Numbered from the stretch's first letter, positions 42,339-52,469 are shown. The stretch: 64,000 nt of DNA from Vulcanimicrobiota bacterium (GCA_963820825.1 CAWGBN010000005.1:1-64000), one strand, 5' to 3'. Notes: a model not told the origin generated them from the letters alone. A program made the numbers and translations.

Positions 42339-43559
42339 TTGGTCTACGTTATCGCGGCCATGGCAATCGTTCTGCTCGGTCTGCGGCCGTGGCGTCTGTC
42401 GAGCTGGATCTGGCCGGTCGCAGGCGCGCTGCTTGCCGTTCTAATCGGCGACGAGCCTCTTCGCGCGGCGGCCGAAGCGATCGGGCGGCAATGGAACGTG
42501 CTGCTCTTCATTCTCGGACTAATGGCGCTTTCGGCAGCCGCCGAGGAGAGCGGTGCGTTCGAGTGGATCACCCATCGCGTCCTCGAGCTCGCGCGCGGCT
42601 CGCAGCAGCGGCTCTTCGTCTATCTTTTCTTGACCGGCGCCGTGGTCACGATCGTGCTCTCGAACGACGCGACGGCGATCGCACTGACGCCGATCGTCTA
42701 TCGCGCGGTCGTCAAGCAAGGACGCATATCGCCCGAACCATTTCTCTATGCATGCGTCTTCGTGGCGAACGCCGCATCGTTCGGATTACCGTTTTCCAAT
42801 CCGGCCAACGTCCTGATCCTGCCGCACGCGTCGCTCGGGGAGTACGTGCGTCACCTCGGACCACCGCAGGTCGCGGCAATCGCGATCAATCTCGCCGTCC
42901 TGCTCTTCTTCTTCCGCCGCGAGCTGCGCGGAGGCTACACGGTTCCCGAGCCCATTCCAGCCGGCGCCCGCACGATTCGGACGCTGTCCGCGCTGCTTGC
43001 CATCGCCGCCGCGTACGTCGCCGCTCTGCTGCAGGGATGGCCGCTCGGCCCGGTGGCGGCCGTAGCCAGCGTGGCGGTGGCAGCCGTCGCCGCGGTGCCG
43101 CCGCAGAGCCTCGCCCGCCGGATCTCGTGGGGGACGTTTGCGCTGCTCGCCGGACTCTTCGTGCTGCTCGATGCGGTGACGCGCGCAGGCTTCACGCAAT
43201 GGGCGCTCGCGCAGCTCGAGGCCGCCTCCCAATACGGCAACCTGGCGCTCGAGGCAATCGCCGCCGGTGGTGCGGCGCTGATCTCCAACGCACTTAACAA
43301 CTTGCCCGTCGCGGTCGCGTCGTCGTACGTCGTGGCGCACGCCTCGACGGCGCATCTTGCCTACGCACTCATACTCGGCGTCGACGTCGGCCCGAATTTG
43401 ATCACGACGGGATCGCTCGCGACGATCCTGTGGCTCTCCGTACTTCGCGGTTACGGCGTGCGGGTGAGCCGAAGGAAGTACTTTCGGCTCGGTCTCGTCC
43501 TCGCGCCGTCAACGCTGCTCGCCGGTGTGCTCTGGCTGTGGATCTTGGGGCGGCCCTAG
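42339..43559 (+). CDS. ArsB/NhaD-family (ion transporter superfamily) permease
   Basis: VLSNDATAIALTP, ANAASFGLPFSNPAN, NALNNLP, GVDVGPNL...GSLATILW. Confidence 0.85.
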   Translation: MVYVIAAMAIVLLGLRPWRLSSWIWPVAGALLAVLIGDEPLRAAAEAIGRQWNVLLFILGLMALSAAAEESGAFEWITHRVLELARGSQQRLFVYLFLTGAVVTIVLSNDATAIALTPIVYRAVVKQGRISPEPFLYACVFVANAASFGLPFSNPANVLILPHASLGEYVRHLGPPQVAAIAINLAVLLFFFRRELRGGYTVPEPIPAGARTIRTLSALLAIAAAYVAALLQGWPLGPVAAVASVAVAAVAAVPPQSLARRISWGTFALLAGLFVLLDAVTRAGFTQWALAQLEAASQYGNLALEAIAAGGAALISNALNNLPVAVASSYVVAHASTAHLAYALILGVDVGPNLITTGSLATILWLSVLRGYGVRVSRRKYFRLGLVLAPSTLLAGVLWLWILGRP

Positions 43560-43617
43560 CAGCCCCCGCATCGCTCAGGCTTCGCAATAACAGCGTGCGC
43601 GCATACGCTTGCCCTCT

Positions 43618-44496
43618 TCACCCTTCGTCTTCGAGCCAATCCCGCGTAAGGTAGAGCCAGAACGCAAGGCCTGCGTAGCGGCCGTAACGGGCGAAGGCGC
43701 GGCGAATCGTCGAGTCGGCGGCTTGTTTCTTGCCGGCGAGACGGCGATATTTCGGCCGCGTCCAAGAATCGAGCACCAAGGAGCGATGGCGGCCGAGCAG
43801 CTGCATAACGTGCGCCGATCCGTACGGACCGATCCCCGGCAGCGCCAGCAGCCGTTCGTCCACGTCGGAGTCGGGATAACGCGTCGCGTCGACGAGCGAT
43901 TCCAAATCGAGCTCTCCGGCGGCGACCGCGCGAGCGATCGTGCGCACGTACGGCCCGCGGTATCCCATTCGAGCAACGTCGCGGTACCAGGACTCCGGCG
44001 TCGCGGCGAGTCTCGTTGCCTCGGGGAACGCCCCTTCGCCGAGCTCGACAAGCGCGCGCGTCATCCGAATCGTTGCCGACCAGGCACAGTTCGTCGTGCA
44101 AATGGTCTTGATCACATCCTCGAAGACGGTCGGACCTGCGAGGATGCGACCCGCTCCGCGTGCCGCCCATCCCATCGCCGCGTCGCCGGCGATCTGCGCG
44201 TAGAACTCCGAGAGATCGTCGTCGAGCCGAAACATCCGCGCCACCGTCGCCTCTAACGAGGCCGCCTCCGCGCGTCGCGGCGCCGACGGGCTCTCGACGA
44301 CGAGCATCCCCGAGCATTCGCTCATGACCGCATCGATCAGCCGCGTGCCGATACGAAAACGGCGGCGATAGGCCGGGGGCGAGGCCAGCACCTCGGCGGG
44401 CGGCAAGCGTGCGCAGCCGTGAGAATGGATCGTGCGCAAGAACGAGATCGGCTCGCCGCCCGCACCGCGCAGCGGCAGCTTGCAGACGACCTTCAC
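43618..44496 (-). CDS. HhH-GPD DNA glycosylase (AlkA/OGG-like)
   Basis: PTVFEDVIKTICTTN, FPEA, MGYRGPY, LLALPGIGPY, LVLDSW, YAGLA. Confidence 0.85.
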   Translation of the reverse strand: MKVVCKLPLRGAGGEPISFLRTIHSHGCARLPPAEVLASPPAYRRRFRIGTRLIDAVMSECSGMLVVESPSAPRRAEAASLEATVARMFRLDDDLSEFYAQIAGDAAMGWAARGAGRILAGPTVFEDVIKTICTTNCAWSATIRMTRALVELGEGAFPEATRLAATPESWYRDVARMGYRGPYVRTIARAVAAGELDLESLVDATRYPDSDVDERLLALPGIGPYGSAHVMQLLGRHRSLVLDSWTRPKYRRLAGKKQAADSTIRRAFARYGRYAGLAFWLYLTRDWLEDEG

Positions 44497-44503
44497 GCCG
44501 AGC

Positions 44504-44968
44504 TTACGCTACGTAGGAGATGTTGACGGCGACGCCGGCTGCGGCCGCGCGCATCAGCACGCCGTATACCTCGTCGAGCTCGCGCTCGATCGAGGCGATC
44601 TCGTGAGCGCTGACGCGAAAACGCGCGGCGTTGAGCCAGAGGATGCTGCGCGCGCGTTCGAGCACGCTGTGCAGCCGTTCCGGCGTCGCCTCGAGCACCG
44701 GCCAATCCAGATCGCCCTGTGCGGGTACGACGCGCCAGCCCGGCCCCGAGACGTACGAGACTTCTTCCTCGGCACCGAGGGCGTGCGGAACGGCTGCAAG
44801 GACGTCGACGGCCTCTTGATCGGCCAGCGAAAGCGGCAGCCCGAGCTCGCCGAGTCGCAGGATATAGCGAAAGAACGAGGCGCTCCCCACCGTGTACGCC
44901 CCCGCCGGTGAAGCGACGTTCACGTGGATCAGATCGAGTTCCGGGCGCTCGCCCGCGGGGCCGGTCAT
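44504..44968 (-). CDS. Hypothetical protein
   Basis: 154-aa ORF filling the gap between mdh and the glycosylase in the same orientation. Confidence 0.7.
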   Translation of the reverse strand: MTGPAGERPELDLIHVNVASPAGAYTVGSASFFRYILRLGELGLPLSLADQEAVDVLAAVPHALGAEEEVSYVSGPGWRVVPAQGDLDWPVLEATPERLHSVLERARSILWLNAARFRVSAHEIASIERELDEVYGVLMRAAAAGVAVNISYVA

Positions 44969-44973
44969 GCCCC

Positions 44974-45969
44974 TTAGTTCGCGAGTATTAGGCCGAGTTC
45001 TTTGACGGCGTCGCGCTCCTTGCGTAGCTCCTCGAGGGTAGCGGCGATCTTTGCCTGCCCGAACGCATCGTGCTCGAGCCCTTCGACGATCCGGGAGACT
45101 CCGTCATCCGTGCGCGAGGGAAACGAGAAGATCAGGCCGGGATCGACGCCGTACTCGCCGTGGGAGCAGCGCCCGACCGAATAGTACTCGTCGGGCGGCG
45201 TATCGTGGGTGAGATTGTGGACGCCGACGATTGCGGCGTTCGCGGCCGAGGCTGCCGACGACGCACCCCGCGTCTTGATGACCTCGGCACCGCGGTTCTG
45301 TACCGTTGTAATGAAATCGTTCTCGAGCCAGTTGCGATCGGCGACGACGTCGTGGGCGGCACGGCCGCCGATGCGCGCGTGCGCGAAATCCGGGAACTGC
45401 GTGGTGGAATGATTCCCCCAGATCGCCATCTGTGATATCTCCGAGATGTCGATCCCCGCTTTGCGCGCGAGTTGCGCCCGGGCGCGCAGCTCGTCCAGAG
45501 TAGTCATCGCGAAGAACCGGTCGCGGGGAACCGCGGGCGCGTTATTCATTGCAATGAGGCAGTTCGTGTTTGCCGGATTTCCCACCACGAAGACCTGCAC
45601 GTCGGCCGCGGCGCGCTCGTTGATCGCGCGTCCTTGCTCGGTGAAGATCTGGCCGTTGACGCGTAAGAGATCCGAGCGTTCCATCCCGGCTTTGCGCGGA
45701 ACGGCTCCCACGAGAATCGCCCAGTTGATCCCGTGCATCGCTTCCCGCACGTCCGATCCGAGCCACACGCTCTTGAGCAGCGGGAAGGCAGCGTCTTCCA
45801 GCTCCATTACGACTCCGGCGAGCGCTCCGAGCGCCGGTTCGAGTTCGAGAAGCCGGAACTCGAGCTCGGTGTCGGGTCCGAACATCTGACCCGAGGCCAT
45901 TCGAAAGACGAGCGCATATCCGATCTGCCCGGCCGCGCCGGTTACCGCTACTCTAATTCGTTTCTTCAC
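44974..45969 (-). CDS. mdh: Malate dehydrogenase (cytosolic/Thermus-type)
   Basis: [54 protein letters not shown]. Confidence 0.96.
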   Translation of the reverse strand: MKKRIRVAVTGAAGQIGYALVFRMASGQMFGPDTELEFRLLELEPALGALAGVVMELEDAAFPLLKSVWLGSDVREAMHGINWAILVGAVPRKAGMERSDLLRVNGQIFTEQGRAINERAAADVQVFVVGNPANTNCLIAMNNAPAVPRDRFFAMTTLDELRARAQLARKAGIDISEISQMAIWGNHSTTQFPDFAHARIGGRAAHDVVADRNWLENDFITTVQNRGAEVIKTRGASSAASAANAAIVGVHNLTHDTPPDEYYSVGRCSHGEYGVDPGLIFSFPSRTDDGVSRIVEGLEHDAFGQAKIAATLEELRKERDAVKELGLILAN

Positions 45970-46026
45970 GCTGTTCCATTTCGCTAGGAGAAGTGGCGCT
46001 CATCTGAGGCGAAGGCAACGACGCCG

Positions 46027-47295
46027 ATGAAGAGCTTCAGCGGAACCGATCGCCCGCAGGCATCTATCTACGATACCTGCATCAGGTGCGGTCTCTGTCT
46101 GCCCTCCTGCCCCACCTATCTCGAGACTATGACAGAAACCTCGGGGCCCCGCGGCCGCATTAGTCTCATCAAAGCCGTCGGCGAATCCCGGCTCGATCTC
46201 TTGAGCGACGGCTTCGTCGAGCAGATGTGGCAGTGTCTCGATTGCCGCGCTTGCGAGGCGGTCTGTCCCTCCGGCGTCCGGTACGGCCAACTCGTCGAGA
46301 GCGCGCGCGCGCAGATTCGCCAGGCGCAGGATTCGGGCGACGGCTCACGCGAGGAGAGCGCGCACGGACGCTTAGTCCGTGCGCTCTTTCGCCGGCCGGA
46401 GCTGATGCGCGCAGCCGCCGCGGCCCTGCGCTTTCTGCAGCGCACGCATCTCACCGCATTTGCCGGTCTCTTCGGTCTCGGGCGCGCCGCGCGGCTCGCC
46501 CCGCGGATCTCCGACTCGTTCTTCAGCGCCCGCGGTCAACGGTTCGAGGCGCCGGCGCAGCGGGGCGTTGCCCTTCTCCACGTCGGCTGCATCATGGGCG
46601 TCGCATTTGCCGACGTACATCGTGCGACGGTACGAATGCTGCAGCGTGCGGGATTATCGGTCGTGATCCCGCAGGGTCAAGGCTGTTGCGGAGCGATCGC
46701 GGTGCACGACGGTGCTCCCGACTTTGCCCGCGAACTCGCCAAGCGAAATATCGAGGCGTACGAACAGAGCGGCGCCGACGTTTACGTTGTGAACGCCGCC
46801 GGTTGCGGAAGCGCGCTCAAAGAGTACGGTGAGCTCTTTGGTGACGATCCCGTCTGGGAGGCGCGCGCGCGGAGCTTCGCCGCGCGAGTGCGAGACGTCA
46901 CCGAGGTTCTCGACGCACTCGATCTCGGCGAGCCTGAGAGACCGGTCGAGGCAGCGGTGACCTATCAGGACGCCTGTCATCTCGTCCACGCGCAGCGCGT
47001 CGCGGGTGCGCCGCGGCGGCTCTTGAAGCGAATTCCCGGCTTACGACTGGTCGAGATGGACGAGAGCGCGCTCTGTTGCGGGAGTGCCGGAATTTACAAC
47101 CTCACGCAGCCTGCAATGGCAGATCGCCTCCAGAAGCGTAAGGTCGATGCGATCGTGCGCACGGGCGCAACGATCGTGGCGACGGCGAATCCGGGTTGCG
47201 CGATGCAGATTGGTGCCGGATTACGCGAGGCGCGCTATCGTGCGACCGTCAAGCACGTCGTCGAACTGCTCGACGAAGCCTACCGACGTAGTTAA
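46027..47295 (+). CDS. glcF: Fe-S oxidoreductase, GlcF-like (two 4Fe-4S motifs plus CCG domains)
   Basis: CIRCGLCLPSCPT, CLDCRACEAVCPSGV, GCCGA, DACHL.HAQ, CCGSAGIYN, NPGC. Confidence 0.88.
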   Translation: MKSFSGTDRPQASIYDTCIRCGLCLPSCPTYLETMTETSGPRGRISLIKAVGESRLDLLSDGFVEQMWQCLDCRACEAVCPSGVRYGQLVESARAQIRQAQDSGDGSREESAHGRLVRALFRRPELMRAAAAALRFLQRTHLTAFAGLFGLGRAARLAPRISDSFFSARGQRFEAPAQRGVALLHVGCIMGVAFADVHRATVRMLQRAGLSVVIPQGQGCCGAIAVHDGAPDFARELAKRNIEAYEQSGADVYVVNAAGCGSALKEYGELFGDDPVWEARARSFAARVRDVTEVLDALDLGEPERPVEAAVTYQDACHLVHAQRVAGAPRRLLKRIPGLRLVEMDESALCCGSAGIYNLTQPAMADRLQKRKVDAIVRTGATIVATANPGCAMQIGAGLREARYRATVKHVVELLDEAYRRS

Positions 47296-47666
47296 AGCGC
47301 CGCGCTTACGCGTCCGCGGTCGCTCTGCGCATCCTCCAACGTGTGGTAGACGGCAAAGACCGCGATCAGGCCTGTGATGTTGAGCAGGCGCAGGATCGGC
47401 CCTTCGCTTACGACGAGCCGCAACGAACCGCCGCGCTCGGCGGCGCGCCGGTGCGCTCCGATCAAGACGCCGAGTCCGGTCGAATCCAAGAACTCGAGCT
47501 GCGTGAGGTCGACGATGAGATCTTGCGTCCCCGTTTCGGTCGCTTCGCTCAGCGCGGCGCGAACCGTCGGGGCAGTGGCGAGGTCGAGGCTTCCGCGCAG
47601 CTTGAAAAGGAGACGAGCGCCGTCCTCGTCGCTCTTAAAATCGATATGCAGCTCATCGTGCGTCAT
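47292..47666 (-). CDS. STAS-domain anti-sigma factor antagonist (RsbV/SpoIIAA-like)
   Basis: GSLDLATAP, VDL..LEFLDSTGLGVLI with the phosphorylatable Ser. Confidence 0.92.
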   Translation of the reverse strand: MTHDELHIDFKSDEDGARLLFKLRGSLDLATAPTVRAALSEATETGTQDLIVDLTQLEFLDSTGLGVLIGAHRRAAERGGSLRLVVSEGPILRLLNITGLIAVFAVYHTLEDAQSDRGRVSAAL

Positions 47667-47726
47667 CTTCGCGGCTGCCCATTCGCGCCTCGAAAGGCCC
47701 TGGCCTTGAATTCGAGCGGGACGTGC

Positions 47727-48656
47727 CTATACGAATCGCGCCGCATCGTCGTCCCAGCGCGTCAGGCTCTCGGGCAAGAGCCGAACGCCCCCAATCCAGC
47801 GATCGATCCGGTGGCGTTCGAGCCAATCTCCGTCGCCGGCAAGGACGCGACGCCCCAACACCGTCGGAACGAGCGTGCCCTCTTCTTCTTCAATCAAGGC
47901 GCTTTCGCCGGCGGAGAGGTCTTGGAGAATTCGTTCGAAGATGCTTTCGCCGAGGAAGTAGGTCTCTTCGCGTGCCTGCGCGCGAGCGAAGAGCTCCTCG
48001 GGTCGCCCGGGCCCTTGCGCGACGGCGTAGAGTGCCTGTCGTTCCGAGCGCGAAAGGCCGTCACGCTTCCACGGGTATTCTTCGCAGAGCCGCTGGAGCG
48101 CCGCCCGCAGGTACGGAAGCCCGATCGCGTCCTCGCCGGCCGCGGCGTAGAGATCGTTCGGCGAAGCCGAGGTGAAGCGCTCCCAGGAACGCCGCGCCGA
48201 CTTGAAGATGGCCGGCGTTGCAGTCCGCCGCTTCGAAAAGAGCGGGAGTATCTCGTCGACGGTCATGTTGGCCAAGTAATGGTCGCACTGAACGACCGCG
48301 ACTCGACCGGGCGCGAGCTCGAGTTCTTCCAGCGCCGTCAGCGTTTGCAGCACCTGGAGTTGATCGAAGAGATCGTGCTCGAACCAGAGGACGACCTCGT
48401 CGAATTCGCCGGCGCGGCGAATCTGTTCGTCGCGCCGCGCGAATTCGTGAATCAGTTTTATTGGGTTGCCGTACCCGCGCTGCGCCAAGTACTGCGCGCG
48501 CAGCGCGCTCGTCTCTTCGAGAGAGAGGCCGGCTGGAACGGGACCCTCGTTGAGCGCGTCGCGCCACGCAAGGTGCGTCCCCGGCAGACCGGCCTTCTTG
48601 AGCAGGTAGAGCGCGCCATCGCCGTTGGTTACGTGGAGCGTCGCGGAACGCGCCAG
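47727..48656 (-). CDS. DUF1835-domain protein (probable CTG start)
   Basis: LHVTNGD, WRDALNEGPV, EVVLWFEHDLFDQLQ, DGLSRSERQAL, IDRWIGGV; continuous frame from 48656. Confidence 0.8.
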   Translation of the reverse strand: MARSATLHVTNGDGALYLLKKAGLPGTHLAWRDALNEGPVPAGLSLEETSALRAQYLAQRGYGNPIKLIHEFARRDEQIRRAGEFDEVVLWFEHDLFDQLQVLQTLTALEELELAPGRVAVVQCDHYLANMTVDEILPLFSKRRTATPAIFKSARRSWERFTSASPNDLYAAAGEDAIGLPYLRAALQRLCEEYPWKRDGLSRSERQALYAVAQGPGRPEELFARAQAREETYFLGESIFERILQDLSAGESALIEEEEGTLVPTVLGRRVLAGDGDWLERHRIDRWIGGVRLLPESLTRWDDDAARFV

Positions 48657-49809
48657 TTAAAAGGCTCCGATGCCGTTGGGCGATCCCCAACCGCCTTCAT
48701 ACGAGTAGCTCTTGAAGAGACACGACGGCGTGCAGACGTTATTGAGGTGCTTATGGTGCTTGCGGTTCCAGAAGGTCCGCCCGCCCTTCTGCGCCGCCGC
48801 ATTTCCCGCCAGACCGAAGACGCCGGCGAGCAGCGGCGATGAGACGCTCGTGCCGCCGACGGTGAACCACCCGCCGTAGCCATAGGTGTTATATTCGGCA
48901 ACCTGCCACGCGACCGCCGACGCATCGCCGACTGCGCGCCCGCTGCAGAACGTGTCGTGCTGCCATTTCGGCTTGTGTATCGTCGTCGCACAGCCGCCGC
49001 CCGCGCCGTCCCAGAGACTCTCGCTATACTTCGAACCGCTCTTTGCGAGTACCGTACCGCCGATTGCCGCAACGTCATCGAAGGCAGCCGGGGCGGTCAC
49101 CTGACCCAAACCCGAGTCGCCCGTCGACGCGAGATACTCGACGCCGGGCTTACTGAAGTGTTTCTTGTCGAGGCAGGTGACCGAGTTGCCGCAGCCCCAA
49201 CTGTTGCTGATGATGTGGGCGCCGAGCTTCACCGCTTCGTCCTCTGCGGTTTGGAGATCGCTCGAGTTGGAGCTGTTCGCCTCGACGAGATAGACCGTGC
49301 AGAGCGGACAGGTCGCCGATGCCATCTGAACGTCCAGGTCGATTTCGACTCCCCAGCCGACGCTGCCGGATGGATAGTTCGACGTCTGTCCCTTCTGGTT
49401 GTACTTCGTGAAGCTCCCGGTTCCTAACCCAAACTGCGAGCGATAGACCGCAAGGTCGGAAGCGACGTTCGGATTGTCATACGCGTCGACGATTGCGACG
49501 ATCTGCCCGGCACCCTTCGTGCTCGACGGAAGCTTGTAGCGCGCCTGAAAGTCGGCGGGCGCCCATCCCGCGACGTCGCGCTCCACTTTTGAAATTGAGA
49601 ATCACTGCGTAGCAGGTGATCTCATCCCGGCGCGTCTGCGGACATGCCGGATGCGCCTCACCTTTTGCCTGCCATTGCGGCATCGAGCCTGCTCCGGCCG
49701 CGCTCGACTGCGGCGCGCCCCCGACGAGCGACGCAGAGCCGCAGCCCGCAAGCACCGCGGCAGCAAAAGTGAGGACGGCGGCATAACGTCCCGACGGCAA
49801 GAGTGTCAT
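48657..49809 (-). CDS. S8/S53-family serine peptidase, lipoprotein (frameshift near 49587)
   Basis: LAGC lipobox, VAIVDAY, EIDLDVQ (ExxLD), SNSWG, ASTGDSG, GGTSVSSP, GWGSPNG; GAAGGAG SD. Confidence 0.88.
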
Positions 49810-49929
49810 TGGAAGGCTCCTTCGTTCAACGGTTGTGTATCGGCGAGTTCCTGGGTCGCAACTCCCACGCGTTCGGCCATCGCTCCTTGCACGAACGAGC
49901 ACCTCGGCACGGCATTTCTGCGGCTCCGT

Positions 49930-49952
49930 GTCACCCTGAGCCTGTCGAAGGG
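49930..49952. repeat. REP-like motif GTCACCCTGAGCCTGTCGAAGGG
   Basis: Resembles a widespread intergenic motif (CCCTTCGACAGGCTCAGGG) recognised from memory; only one copy noticed in this window. Confidence 0.55.
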
Positions 49953-49987
49953 CGAACCAACGCATGGCGGAGTCAAAGTCCGCTGCC
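49953..49987 (-). repeat. 35-bp exact direct copy of internal tRNA-Gln segment
   Basis: CGAACCAACGCATGGCGGAGTCAAAGTCCGCTGCC identical to 50117-50151. Confidence 0.92.
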
Positions 49988-50061
49988 CCTTTCCCCGAAG
50001 CGCGTGGCACTTTGGAGACCCCACAAGTTGAACTTCCGCTTCGGCGCTCCGCGCCTGCGCT

Positions 50062-50091
50062 GCGGTAAGGCAAGCGTCCTTTTGACTCCGC
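50062..50091 (+). repeat. Inverted degenerate copy of tRNA-Gln D-loop/anticodon arm
   Basis: GCGGTAAGGCAAGCGTCCTTTTGACTCCGC versus tRNA sense GCGGTAAGGCAGCGGACTTTGACTCCGC. Confidence 0.85.
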
Positions 50092-50100
50092 TCAGCAATC

Positions 50101-50172
50101 CTGGGGTGGCTGGATTCGAACCAACGCATGGCGGAGTCAAAGTCCGCTGCCTTACCGCTTGGCTACACCCCA
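50101..50172 (-). tRNA. tRNA-Gln (anticodon TTG), CCA not encoded
   Basis: TGGGGTG/CACCCCA acceptor stem, AGCCAAGCGGTAAGGC D-arm, GCGGA-CTTTGAC-TCCGC anticodon arm, GGTTCGAATCC. Confidence 0.96.
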
Positions 50173-50278
50173 CCGGTCGGTCGTAGCTTCTACGCGAGGG
50201 TAGTTTTACTCATCGGAGGAGAAAAAGCAAGCGCCGCCGATTCGGCAGCGCTTAGTTGCTTTGGCGCGGGATCGGCGT

Positions 50279-50893
50279 CTAACGCGTGGCGATGAGTCGC
50301 TTCGCGCCGACGTACCGTGCGGCCCAGTAGGAATCGGAGAGATGGCTTACCATGACGCCGTGGCTCGAGCTCGCATGGACGAACTCGCCTCGTCCGAGGT
50401 AGATTCCGACATGCGAAACGCCGCCGTAGGTATCGAAAAAGACTAAGTCACCGGCGCGTGGACCGCCCACCGCCGGTCTCCCGAAATCGTACTGTGCGTC
50501 CGCGGTGCGCGGCAGATCGATTCCCAGCATCGCAAAGACGTGCTGGACGAAGCCGGAGCAATCGAACCCCGAGGCCGTCGTTCCGCCGAAGACGTACGGT
50601 ACGCCGAGGAACTGCAGTGCACTGCCGGTAAGGCGCTGCGCGATCTTCGAAGCCCGGGCGAGGATACCGCCCGCGAACCGGTCCATGTTGCCGTGGTGCC
50701 GAGCCGGGGCATGAACGATCAGCCGCGAGGTCCATTCCGCGACGTCGGGGCTCAGGGTTTGGGCGCTCACCGCCCGGGACGAACCAGTGTAGTCGAGTTG
50801 GGGTAGGGTGCTGGTGGTGGTCTCGGCTCTCGCCACAAGACTCGAGCCGGCGAACAATAGGGCAAACGCCCCGACAACTAGCACATGACGCAA
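50279..50893 (-). CDS. Secreted NlpC/P60 (C40) peptidoglycan endopeptidase
   Basis: Signal peptide, LGVPYVFGG, GFDCSGF, LPRTA..Q, GDLVFF, HVGIY, HASS; TTG start 7 nt after GAAGAGGAG. Confidence 0.92.
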   Translation of the reverse strand: MRHVLVVGAFALLFAGSSLVARAETTTSTLPQLDYTGSSRAVSAQTLSPDVAEWTSRLIVHAPARHHGNMDRFAGGILARASKIAQRLTGSALQFLGVPYVFGGTTASGFDCSGFVQHVFAMLGIDLPRTADAQYDFGRPAVGGPRAGDLVFFDTYGGVSHVGIYLGRGEFVHASSSHGVMVSHLSDSYWAARYVGAKRLIATR

Positions 50894-50912
50894 GAGACAA
50901 CTCCTCTTCCAC

Positions 50913-51030
50913 GACACTTGCGGGGTTAGTTGACGGGTTCGGACGGGAAAGAATCGCCCTAGGGCCGACCGGCCCATTCACCCCTACCGGGATATCCCCC
51001 GCTCGAGACTTACGTCCCGACTCAGTGACT
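50913..51030 (-). ncRNA. c-di-AMP (ydaO/yuaA) riboswitch
   Basis: Minus strand: CACTGAGTC...GCGGGGGA...GGGGTGAAT-hairpin-TAGGG...CCGAACCCGTCAACTAACCCCGCAAGTG, matching the ydaO conserved blocks; upstream of a cell-wall hydrolase. Confidence 0.88.
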
Positions 51031-51104
51031 GCTTATAGGCAGATGTGGCGGCGCTTCGGCATTATGCCGGGGCGCCCTTCCACGCGCCGGATGAACCTCC
51101 GATT

Positions 51105-52469
51105 TTACTCTGGGTACGTTGAGACGAAGCGCACGACCTCCTGCTCGATTCGCTCGGCAACCAAGCCGGCCAGCCGCTCGACCATCTCGCGATCGTCGCC
51201 CTCGGCCATTATCCGGATCAGGGGCTCCGTGCCCGAGGCGCGCACGAAAATTCGTCCGGACTCGCCCAACTCGACCTGCGCCGCCGCGATTGCGTCGACG
51301 ACGGACGCCGCGTCGAGCACTTCGCGACGACTCGTTCGTACGTTGACGAGGATCTGCGGCGCGTACACGACTTCGCGCACGAGTTCGTGGAGCGTCGCGC
51401 CGGTTCTCGCCATCAGATCGAGCACAGTGATCGCGGTACGCGGACCGTCGCCGGTGGTGTTGTAACGGAAGTCGATGACGTGACCCGATTGCTCGCCGCC
51501 GAGCGCGTATCCGCCGGCACGCATCGCCTCGAGCACGTACCGGTCTCCGACCGCGGCGCGAATCAACGAAATGCCATGCTTGCGAAGGGCACGTTCGAAA
51601 CCGACGTTGCTCATCTGCGTCGCGACGATCACATCTCCCGCAAGCTCGCCGCGCGCGTGCATCGCGCATCCAAGGGCAAAGAGCACGTGATCGCCCGTGA
51701 TGATGATTCCCCGCTCGTCGACGAAGAGCGCGCGATCCGCGTCCCCGTCGAATGCGACCCCGACGACCCGATCCTCGCCCGATGCGATTCGATCGCTAAC
51801 GGCCGCCTGCAGGGCCGCGAGATCGGTCGCGCCGGAAGCGACGTTGATACGCGCTCCATCGGCTTCACAGTTCATCTCGGTGACCGTCGCGCCAAGTTTA
51901 CGCAGCGCGTAGGGCGCGACTGCATAGGCGGCGCCGAAGCCGCCGTCCACGACGACGTGCAGGCCGCTCAGATCGGTCACACCGTCGTAGAGCTCGCGGT
52001 AATAATACCGCCCGAGATTCTGCGCCACACGCGCGGTACCGACCGCAATGCCGTCCGGACGCGGTAGATCCTCCGCAATGAGCGCCGCCTCCACGCGATC
52101 CTCCAGTTCGTCGGAGAACTTGAAACCGTCGGGTCCGAAGAATTTGAGCCCGTTGTCTTCGATCGGATTGTGCGAGGCGCTGATCACGACGCCGGCCGCC
52201 GCGCCGGCCGCGCGCGTAACGCACGCGACGGCGGGCGTCGGAACGATCCCGATGGAGATTGCGTCGTGGCCGACGGAGGTGACGCCCGCAATCAACGCGG
52301 CCTCGAGCATCGTGCCCGAAACCCGCGTATCGCGTCCGACGACGATTGGGCCGCGGCCCTCGATCGGCAGTACGCTCGCGGCGGCTCGGCCGATCTGCAT
52401 CGCCAGTTCCGGCGTTAGTTCCCGATTCGCTACGCCGCGAATGCCGTCGGTTCCAAAAAGGCGGCTCAT
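51105..52469 (-). CDS. glmM: Phosphoglucosamine mutase
   Basis: LFGTDGIRG, GRDTRVSG, ISASHNP, FDGDADR, GGEQSGH, RASGTEP. Confidence 0.96.
   Translation of the reverse strand: MSRLFGTDGIRGVANRELTPELAMQIGRAAASVLPIEGRGPIVVGRDTRVSGTMLEAALIAGVTSVGHDAISIGIVPTPAVACVTRAAGAAAGVVISASHNPIEDNGLKFFGPDGFKFSDELEDRVEAALIAEDLPRPDGIAVGTARVAQNLGRYYYRELYDGVTDLSGLHVVVDGGFGAAYAVAPYALRKLGATVTEMNCEADGARINVASGATDLAALQAAVSDRIASGEDRVVGVAFDGDADRALFVDERGIIITGDHVLFALGCAMHARGELAGDVIVATQMSNVGFERALRKHGISLIRAAVGDRYVLEAMRAGGYALGGEQSGHVIDFRYNTTGDGPRTAITVLDLMARTGATLHELVREVVYAPQILVNVRTSRREVLDAASVVDAIAAAQVELGESGRIFVRASGTEPLIRIMAEGDDREMVERLAGLVAERIEQEVVRFVSTYPE

Noticed and set aside
41392..43559. Integron integrase or phage integrase with an arsenic-resistance island
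   Set aside because: The recombinase has Xer-like size and motifs with no IntI insertion. I saw no attC-like cassettes, phage genes, arsR or arsC.
49953..50172. attL/attR pair of a tRNA-integrated island
   Set aside because: The repeat omits the tRNA 3' end, the copies are only 164 bp apart and no integrase is adjacent.
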